Shown: in pieces, positions 57,240-64,000 of the stretch | Layout: each line of letters begins with the position of its first letter | Numbering within the stretch: the stretch's first letter is position 1 | Assembly: GCA_034521595.1 (NCBI GenBank) | Contig: JAXHMG010000003.1 | Span: 2,720,001 to 2,784,000 of the forward strand | DNA from: Gemmatimonadota bacterium | Lineage (GTDB): Bacteria; Gemmatimonadota; Gemmatimonadetes; Longimicrobiales; Gaopeijiaceae | DNA length: 64,000 nucleotides | Direction of reading: 5' to 3' | Position numbers and translations under genes: made by a program | Notes under the pieces: model-generated | Databases searched by the model: none | Told to the model about the DNA's origin: nothing | The model's input: only the letters and a program-made list of their open reading frames with translations

Positions 57240-59469
57240 GGTCGGCCGAACCCTTCGAAAACGGGCGCCCCACGCGGCCCAAGCGCAGCGCGTTCACGGT
57301 CACGGCGAGCGAGACGCCCATGTCGCCAATGAGCACGGCGGCGATCAGGGACACCGCACCGAACGGCACCCCCACGGCCAACACCACCTTCACCGCCAGG
57401 GCGAGGACGATGTTCGTGCGGATCACCCGCACGGACTCGCGGGACAGATTCCGCACGTAGGGCAAGCGGGCGAGGTCGTCCCCCATGAGCGCGATGTCGG
57501 CCGTCTCCAGGGCCGCGTCCGAGCCCGCGGCCCCCATGACGACCCCGACACCGGCGGTCGCCAGGGCGGGCGCATCGTTGATGCCGTCACCGACCATCGC
57601 CACCGGCCCGTATCTCCGGGTGAGCTCGCGCACGGCCTCCACCTTGTCCTCCGGTAAGAGGCCGGCCCGCACCTCGTCGACGCCGAGCTCGCGCCCGACC
57701 ACGTCCGCCGTGGCGGGCGCATCGCCCGTGAGCATGACCAGATGTTCCACGCCGCCGGCCCGCAAGGCATCGAGCGTGTCACGGGCGGAAGCACGGGTCC
57801 GGTCCGCGATCCGGAACCATGCCGCGAGCCGACCGTCGACGGCGACCGCGATGGCCGTCCCTTCCTCTTCCGGCCAGGGAGCTCTGCTCCGAGCGCCGGC
57901 GAGCGCGAAGTCAGGGGTCCCCACCGCCAGGTCCCGCCCCTCGACCGTGGCGCGCACTCCCCGCCCGGGCGTCGCCGCGAATCCCTCGATCCGGCCGGTC
58001 GGCCGGGCTCCCGAAGCGCGGGCATACTCCACGATCGCCCGGCCGACGGGATGCTCGGAACGGGCCTCGACGGCCGCGACTTCCGACAGGAGCCCGAGCG
58101 GATCCACGCCCTCCTCGAAGCTCACATCGACCACGGCCGGACGCCCGAAGGTGAGCGTGCCCGTCTTGTCCAACGCAATGGCCCGGACCTCACCGAACGC
58201 TTCCAGGTAAGTGCCGCCCTTGATCAACACCCCCCGGCGCGCGGCGGCGGTGACCCCACTCACCACCGCGACGGGCGTCGAGATCACGAGCGCGCACGGA
58301 CACGCGATGACCAAGAGGGTGAGGCCACGGGTGAACCAGACCGAGAAGCTTCCTCCGAAGAAGAGCACGGGGAGGACCACGACCGCCACCGCGGCCAAGG
58401 TCACGGCGGGCGTATAGACCCGTGCGAAGCGGTCGATGAAGCGCTCGGTCCGTGTCTTGCGGGCTTCGGCTTCCTCAACGAGCCGGATGATGCGCGCAAG
58501 CGTGCTCTCCGACGTCGGCCGATCGACGCGCACGGCGAGAAACCCCTCACGGTTGATCGTGCCCGCGAACACGACCCCACCCACTTCCTTCTCGACCGGC
58601 ATGGACTCGCCCGTGACGGGCGCTTGATCCACGGCCGAGTGTCCCTCGACCACGGTCCCGTCGACCGGGAGGCGATCCCCGGGGCGAACGACGACCACGT
58701 CGCCGGGCACCAACTCCTCGACACCGACCCTGACCTCGTCGCCGTGCCGTCGAACCGCGGCCGTGTCCGGCGTGAGCTGCATCAGCGCCTGCACCGAGGT
58801 GCGAGCCCGGTCCACCGCGTAGCGCTCGAGAAGCTCGGCGACCGCGAACAGGAAGGCGATCGCGGCTCCCTCGGCATACTCCCCGATTCCGACCGCTCCG
58901 AGGATGGCCACGGTCATGAGGAAGTTCATGTCCAGGGCGAGCGCCCGAGCCGCGCGGACCCCCTTCGGAAAGAAGTTCCACCCGCCGACGAGCGCCGAGA
59001 CGATGAACAGGACATCGGTCGGGCGCAGGGATCGTCCCACGACCGACAGCGTCGGCGCCGAGACGCCGGCCAGATGGAGCAATCCCGCGAGCGCGAAGAG
59101 CCCCGCCGAGGCGTAGGCGATCCGCGCCTGCCGTCCCGCCCAGGTCCCCGGTGTCGCGGCATCGGGCCCGAGCTCCCGCGTCGCCCCGGCCTCATCGAGG
59201 GTCTCGGTGGCGTAGCCCAAGCGCTCGACCTCACGGCGGAGGCCGTCCGATTCCGCGAGCGTCTCGTCATACACGATGTCGAGGCGCCTGCGCATCGGGC
59301 TGCCCTCCACCTCCTCGACCCCCGGAACCCGGCAGAGACGGTCGTTGATCGTGGCGAGGCAACCGGCACAATCCATGTCGGGCACGGTGAGAACGAGCCG
59401 TTCCCTCCGCGTCTGGTCGGTCGAGGAGCCCGGTGCCCCGTCGGCCGGGCGGGCCGGTCGCTCACTCAC
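57172..59469 (-). CDS. cadA: P1B-type heavy-metal ATPase (Zn/Cd/Pb type)
   Basis: MDCAGC HMA, TGES, CPC, DKTGTLT, SEHP, GDGINDAP, K in TM7 and D.G in TM8. Confidence 0.92.
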   Translation of the reverse strand: MSERPARPADGAPGSSTDQTRRERLVLTVPDMDCAGCLATINDRLCRVPGVEEVEGSPMRRRLDIVYDETLAESDGLRREVERLGYATETLDEAGATRELGPDAATPGTWAGRQARIAYASAGLFALAGLLHLAGVSAPTLSVVGRSLRPTDVLFIVSALVGGWNFFPKGVRAARALALDMNFLMTVAILGAVGIGEYAEGAAIAFLFAVAELLERYAVDRARTSVQALMQLTPDTAAVRRHGDEVRVGVEELVPGDVVVVRPGDRLPVDGTVVEGHSAVDQAPVTGESMPVEKEVGGVVFAGTINREGFLAVRVDRPTSESTLARIIRLVEEAEARKTRTERFIDRFARVYTPAVTLAAVAVVVLPVLFFGGSFSVWFTRGLTLLVIACPCALVISTPVAVVSGVTAAARRGVLIKGGTYLEAFGEVRAIALDKTGTLTFGRPAVVDVSFEEGVDPLGLLSEVAAVEARSEHPVGRAIVEYARASGARPTGRIEGFAATPGRGVRATVEGRDLAVGTPDFALAGARSRAPWPEEEGTAIAVAVDGRLAAWFRIADRTRASARDTLDALRAGGVEHLVMLTGDAPATADVVGRELGVDEVRAGLLPEDKVEAVRELTRRYGPVAMVGDGINDAPALATAGVGVVMGAAGSDAALETADIALMGDDLARLPYVRNLSRESVRVIRTNIVLALAVKVVLAVGVPFGAVSLIAAVLIGDMGVSLAVTVNALRLGRVGRPFSKGSADLRSRRGGSWRGGSPPIPCRSRE

Positions 59470-59815
59470 GAACGTGCTCCAGGCCGGTGCCGAAGAGAAC
59501 CCCGATATGGTCGTCGTCCAGCCGATAGTAGGCCATGCGGCTCTCCTTCCGGAAGCGCACCAGCCGAAGCGCGCGCATCATGCGCAGATGATGGCTCACG
59601 GCCGACTGACTCACGCCGGTGAGCGCCGCCAGGTCACATACACACAGCTCCCGGCCCGCCAGGGCCTCGACGATCCGCAACCGTGTCGGGCTGGCGAGCA
59701 CCTGGAACATCTCCGCCAGGCGTTCGAGCTCGCCCGCCCCGGCGCGAGCGGCCATGACCTCCCGGACGGCCTCGTCGTCGACGAGAGTGACGTCACACAG
59801 CGCGTCTTCCGGCAT
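59462..59815 (-). CDS. ArsR/SmtB (CadC-like) metal-sensing repressor
   Basis: ELCVCDLA, SQSAVSHHL, YYRLDDDHI...GLEH. Confidence 0.92.
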   Translation of the reverse strand: MPEDALCDVTLVDDEAVREVMAARAGAGELERLAEMFQVLASPTRLRIVEALAGRELCVCDLAALTGVSQSAVSHHLRMMRALRLVRFRKESRMAYYRLDDDHIGVLFGTGLEHVRE

Positions 59816-59860
59816 GGTCTCCACAGCCCCTCCGGGAATTCCGACCGATGTCATGACACA

Positions 59861-59886
59861 AATATATGAGCAGGCGTTCACGCATT
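59861..59886. promoter_or_regulatory. SmtB/CzrA-type operator
   Basis: AATATATGAGCA-GG-CGTTCACGCATT, imperfect 12-2-12 inverted repeat just upstream of the repressor. Confidence 0.75.
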
Positions 59887-59925
59887 CTACCCGGGACGAT
59901 CGTCATCAGTCCGCGACCGAAAGGC

Positions 59926-60175
59926 TCATTGCTCCTCGGAATCAGGGGGCAGAATGTCGCGCACGGAATCTTCCGGAGGCCTGACGGACTCCCCCGTAGG
60001 CCGCTCCGGGCGCGGGAGGATGCCGCCCGGCCGTCGACCGTCGAGATCGAACCCGATCGCGACGCCGGCGTACGCGATGAGGGCCAACTGGTGCGGGTCG
60101 GCATGGGTCAGCGGCGTCCACAGGTCCAGCACGCCAATGGGCGAATCGAGCTTGCCGAAGACGGGGGCCGCCATC
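59926..60175 (-). pseudogene. 3' fragment of a GAF-domain gene (AcoR-type GAF)
   Basis: AAPVF....IGVLDL......PHQLALI..A...I resembles the GAF C-terminal half; N-terminal half absent. Confidence 0.5.
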
Positions 60176-60712
60176 ACACGGGCGCATCGAGGGTTCGTCG
60201 ACGTCGCGAGCGAGCCCGGTCGGGGCTCGAGCTTCGTCGTGTACCTCCCGGCGGTATCCACACCGCCGGAGGCGGCCCTCCCGGCGACCGTCCCCGACCC
60301 GTCGGATGCATACGGTCGGCGCCGCGGACACGGAGAGCTCGTCCTGGTCGTGGACGACGAAGCCGCGGTACGATCGATCACGCGACAGTCGCTCGAGTCG
60401 TTCGGCTACCGGGTCCTGACCGCGGCCGACGGGACGGAAGCCGTGGCCGTGTACGGCGAGCGGGGCGACGACATCGAGGTGGTGCTTCTCGACATGGTGA
60501 TGCCGATCATGGGTGGCGCGTCGGCCCCTCGGGCACTTCGCCGCATGAGTCCGGACGTGCGCATCGTCGCGGTCAGCGGCGGGGAGCTCCGCCGGAGCGA
60601 AGCGGGGGACCGTCCTCCGGAAGCCGTCGCGGGTGTGCTCGCCAAACCCTACACGGCCCACGACCTTCTCGACACACTGGCGCACGTGCTCGGGCGGGAC
60701 GTCACCTCCTGA
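60165..60712 (+). pseudogene. 3' fragment of a hybrid histidine kinase (HATPase end + receiver)
   Basis: AITRAHRGFVDVASEPGRGSSFVVYLPA then LVVDDE, LLDMVMP, SG, KPY; no H-box, N-box or G-boxes upstream. Confidence 0.7.
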
Positions 60713-60750
60713 CGACCCGCGGCAGGAAGCCTCCTACGACTTCCTCCCGA

Positions 60751-60823
60751 TGGTCGCTGCAGGACTCGAACCTGCGACATCTACGATGTGAACGTAGCGC
60801 TCTACCAGCTGAGCTAAGCGACC
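60751..60823 (-). tRNA. tRNA-Val (CAC)
   Basis: GGTCGCTTAGCTCAGCTGGTAGAGCG-CTACG TT CAC AT CGTAG-...GGTTCGAGTCC...GCGACCA; CCA not encoded. Confidence 0.95.
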
Positions 60824-60827
60824 AACA

Positions 60828-60900
60828 TACCCCCACGGGGACTCGAACCCCGGTCTTCGCCGTGAGAGGGCGATATCCTAGGCCACTAGACGATGGGGGC
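60828..60900 (-). tRNA. tRNA-Glu (CTC)
   Basis: GCCCCCATCGTCTAGTGGCCTAGGA...TCGCC CT CTC AC GGCGA...GGTTCGAGTCCCCGTGGGGGTA. Confidence 0.95.
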
Positions 60901-60954
60901 GTGGTTTCTCCGATTCCGGAGAGCACAGATTCTAAGAAGGGCCTACGAGAACGG

Positions 60955-61677
60955 TCAACCCCCGACCTCGCCGGACTCCAGAAAGCGGAGAACCGCCCGA
61001 AAGACCTCGGCATCGCCGAGCACACCGGGATGCGTGGGACAGCAGACCTCGAGATCGGGAACCCCCGGCAGCGTCGCATTCTCTCCCGGGAGCACGTGGG
61101 TGTCGATCGGCGTGCGAACGGTGAGCGCTTCGACGCCTTCGGGGACCGGAGGTCCCACGTTCAAGCTGTCCAGGAACGAGCTGCCGGGAATCATCTCTTC
61201 CCGGCTCGGGCCCCACGCGAGGTGGGCGGACATCGTGCCACGGTGGGGCGTCGCGAGGAACGCCACCCGCCGCACGGGGACGGGATCGCCGCGGGAGAGG
61301 TACCAACGGGTCGCCAGCCCGCCCATGGAGTGGGCGACGATATCGAGCGAATCCGCCCCCGTCGCCTCGAGGAGCGCTCGCGCGGCGTCGTCGAGCTCCC
61401 TGGCGTGGTCCCGGTTACTTCCCGCCGGCTCCTCGAACGACACGGCCCGGACCCGCTCGGCTGGCCATCCCGCGGACACCAAGCGTGCCCGGAGGTCCGC
61501 GAGGTCCTGCGCGGTATCCAACCAGCCCGGCACGAGCAGGACCGGAAGCCTCGCACCCGCGGGCGAGGTTCGTTCACTCGGCACTTCGGCGCCGCGCTCG
61601 GCCCACGCGGACGAGAGCAGCCAGCCGACCGTTGCCGCCACGAGCACCGCGGCGGCAACGAACACCGCCCGGGTCAC
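60955..61677 (-). CDS. Exported small lipase/esterase (alpha/beta hydrolase)
   Basis: PVLLVPGW, nucleophile AHSMGG, LATPHRGT, terminal His (THPG). Confidence 0.85.
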   Translation of the reverse strand: MTRAVFVAAAVLVAATVGWLLSSAWAERGAEVPSERTSPAGARLPVLLVPGWLDTAQDLADLRARLVSAGWPAERVRAVSFEEPAGSNRDHARELDDAARALLEATGADSLDIVAHSMGGLATRWYLSRGDPVPVRRVAFLATPHRGTMSAHLAWGPSREEMIPGSSFLDSLNVGPPVPEGVEALTVRTPIDTHVLPGENATLPGVPDLEVCCPTHPGVLGDAEVFRAVLRFLESGEVGG

Positions 61678-63014
61678 GACAGTCCCTCGATGGCCGTCGC
61701 GACGGCCTCCACTCCGAGCCCCACTTGCCGCTCGGTGAGATGAACCGAAGGGGTGAGCTCCACCACGTTCCCCTCCGGACCCGCGGGGAGCGCGAGCACG
61801 CCCGAGCTCAGGAGCGCCCGGGCGACCCGCGCACCGTCGCCCGCTCCGTCGGAGCGGTCCCGCGGGTCGCCGAGCTCGATGCCGATGAGGAGGCCGAGCC
61901 CGCGCACGTCACGCACGCGGGGGAGTCCGGCCAGCCGGTGCCGGAGCCGGTCGGTCCAATCGCGACCAGCCGCCACGACGCGCTCCCCGATCGCCTCCCG
62001 CTGGTGGGCGTCGAGCACCGCGAGCGCGGCGGCGCATCCGAGTGGGTGCCCGAGGAACGTGCTGGTGTGAATCGCCTCACCGCTGCTTTCCGGCCAGCGG
62101 TCCATGACCTCGGCCCGCCCCAGACAGGCGGAGATCGGCACGCCACCTCCCAGCGCCTTGCCGAGGCAGAGCAGATCCGGCTCGAGCCCGACGGTGGGTG
62201 CGGCGAACATCCCGCCGCACCGACCGGACCCGGTGAACACTTCGTCCGCGATGACGAGCGCGCCCGCTCGCCGGCTCAGCTTCGACAGCTCGGCCATGAA
62301 GCCGTCGGGAGGCACCCGCGCCCCGCCCCGTCCCTGCATCGGCTCGACCAATACGGCCCCGATCGGGTCCCCGTTGGGGGCGCCCTCCTCGAGCGCTTTG
62401 GCGACCTCCTCCAAGACGGCGGTCGCGTCCGGCTCGCCGTTCCGCTCCGGGAAGGGAAGGAATCGCACCCCTCCGTACATGCGGTCGAGAAAGCGCGAGC
62501 GGAAATGGTCACGGTCCGTCGCCGCGAGCGCTCCGAGCGTGAGCCCGTGATACGCTCCCTCGAACGCCACGATGCCGGCCCGCCCGGTCACCACCTGTGC
62601 CGTCTTGAGCGCGGTTTCGACGGCCTCCGAGCCCGTGGACGAGAGCACCGTGCGGGTCTCGCTCCACGGCGACACCGCCGCGAGGCGTTCGAGGAGCTCG
62701 AGCTTGATCCGCGGGGGATGGATGTCCCCCATGCCGTGCAGGAGCCGCCCGGCCTGCCGCTCCACGGCGGACACGACCGCCTCGGGAGCGTGGCCGAGCA
62801 ACCCGACGCCGAAAGCTCCGGTGAGATCCAGAAAGATGTTGCCGTCGAGGTCGCGGACGTTCCCGCCGCGGGCCTCCGTCCAGAAGATCGGCCATCCCTC
62901 GTCCACGTACGTGACGTCGTGAGACTCGACGGCCCGTAGCCGCTCCGCCGCCTCCCGGGAGCGCGGACCCGGCGGCGGTACGCGCAGATCCGGCAGAAGG
63001 GTGCCGAAGCTCAC
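61674..63014 (-). CDS. Class III PLP aminotransferase (GabT-like)
   Basis: DLDGN.FLD, TGSEAVETALK, F.GAYHG, EPMQGRGG, IADEVFTG.GR, LGKALGG. Confidence 0.9.
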   Translation of the reverse strand: MSFGTLLPDLRVPPPGPRSREAAERLRAVESHDVTYVDEGWPIFWTEARGGNVRDLDGNIFLDLTGAFGVGLLGHAPEAVVSAVERQAGRLLHGMGDIHPPRIKLELLERLAAVSPWSETRTVLSSTGSEAVETALKTAQVVTGRAGIVAFEGAYHGLTLGALAATDRDHFRSRFLDRMYGGVRFLPFPERNGEPDATAVLEEVAKALEEGAPNGDPIGAVLVEPMQGRGGARVPPDGFMAELSKLSRRAGALVIADEVFTGSGRCGGMFAAPTVGLEPDLLCLGKALGGGVPISACLGRAEVMDRWPESSGEAIHTSTFLGHPLGCAAALAVLDAHQREAIGERVVAAGRDWTDRLRHRLAGLPRVRDVRGLGLLIGIELGDPRDRSDGAGDGARVARALLSSGVLALPAGPEGNVVELTPSVHLTERQVGLGVEAVATAIEGLS

Positions 63015-63021
63015 CGCCGCA

Positions 63022-63927
63022 TCACCCGGAATCGTCGCCGAGTCTGTCGTCCGCTTGCATCCCCATGATGTGGTATCCCTTGTCCACATGGAGCGTCTCC
63101 CCCGTGATGCCCGAGGCGAGGGGAGAGCAGAGGAACGCCGCGGTCAGGCCCACCTCGTCGGCCGTGTTGCACTCCGGCAGGGCAGCGTTCGCCTGGTAAT
63201 ACTCCACCATGCGGTCGATCGAGCCGATGGCCTTCGCCGCCCGGCTCGCCAACGGACCGGCGCTGATCGTGTTCACGCGGATCCCGTGCCGGCGCCCGGC
63301 CTCGTACGCCAGGGTCCGGGTGTCCGCCTCCAGAGCGGCCTTGGCCGAGCTCATGCCACCGCCGTATCCGGGGATCACCCGCTCCGCCGCGAGATAGGAG
63401 AGGGAAACCACCGCACCGCCCTCACGCAGGAGGGGTCCGAAGCGCTGAACGAGGCTGACCATCGAATACGCGCTCGCGCTCACCGCGGCCAGGTATCCTT
63501 CACGGCTCGTATCGATGAGCGCCTTCTGCACTTCGGGCCCGTTCGCGAGCGAGTGAACCACGATGTCGAGCGACGCGTCGCCGAAGTCCTCCCGGACGCG
63601 ATCCGCGATCTCCTGGACCGTGAACGCGTCGAGATCGGCGTAGCGCTTGTCCGTGCGCACATCCTCCGGCACCTGGTCCGGCGTGTCGTATACGGCGTCG
63701 AGCGGATACACACGCTCGAGCTCGATCTCTCCACCGTCCGGGAGCGCCACGTCGAGCTTTCCGCGCTCGAGGCTCTTGGTGAAGATCCGTAGCGCGGGCG
63801 GCCAGGTCCCCACGCAGACCGAGGCTCCGGCGCGCGCGAGCGCGCGCACGATCGCCCACCCGTAGCCGCGGTCGTCCGCCACACCCGCTACGAAAGCACG
63901 CTTTCCTGTGAGATCGATGGGTAACAT
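63022..63927 (-). CDS. fabI: Enoyl-ACP reductase, plant/chlamydial type
   Basis: [57 protein letters not shown]. Confidence 0.93.
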   Translation of the reverse strand: MLPIDLTGKRAFVAGVADDRGYGWAIVRALARAGASVCVGTWPPALRIFTKSLERGKLDVALPDGGEIELERVYPLDAVYDTPDQVPEDVRTDKRYADLDAFTVQEIADRVREDFGDASLDIVVHSLANGPEVQKALIDTSREGYLAAVSASAYSMVSLVQRFGPLLREGGAVVSLSYLAAERVIPGYGGGMSSAKAALEADTRTLAYEAGRRHGIRVNTISAGPLASRAAKAIGSIDRMVEYYQANAALPECNTADEVGLTAAFLCSPLASGITGETLHVDKGYHIMGMQADDRLGDDSG

Positions 63928-64000
63928 GTCCTGAGAGCTCCTGAGATTACGGTTGCCGGCTCGGAAAAGTAGTGGATCCGCGAATGCTCGTAGGCCTCTG

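Noticed and set aside
59866-61743. 625-aa ORF
   Set aside because: Runs across two tRNA genes and antisense to the lipase; low-complexity Arg/Pro/Gly translation
1-64000. CRISPR array, IS elements, integrase, att repeat of tRNA-Val
   Set aside because: None seen on manual reading; short or degenerate repeats could have been missed

Overview
High-GC, gene-dense bacterial chromosomal window; the gene families and lipoprotein/outer-membrane content suggest a diderm, plausibly Gemmatimonadota (inference, not proven). It carries a GyrA/ParC-family topoisomerase lacking a canonical GyrA-box behind an ECF sigma/zinc anti-sigma pair, and a compositionally distinct S8 protease/beta-barrel/AraC islet. 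It also has a divergent PaaABCD-like diiron oxygenase operon with split PaaD, transporters, pfkA, a swivel-first fused aconitase-family enzyme, a fluoride riboswitch-crcB unit, CadA/CadC, two tRNAs and a plant/chlamydial-type FabI. The most notable content is two clusters built around exported caspase-family proteases. The first (15.5-24.9 kb) is a complete-looking cyclic-nucleotide circuit: cNMP-binding pseudophosphatase, MBL hydrolase, exported metacaspase-DUF4384, CHASE2 adenylate cyclase, FecR/DUF928-like protein and GAF-HD-GYP. The second (35.4-40.7 kb) is an envelope module of three CsgG/TolB_N-fold proteins, one fused to a caspase, plus a beta-barrel. No CRISPR array, rRNA, transposase or integrase was seen. 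Domain calls come from motif recognition by eye, and several start codons were re-chosen from RBS context.
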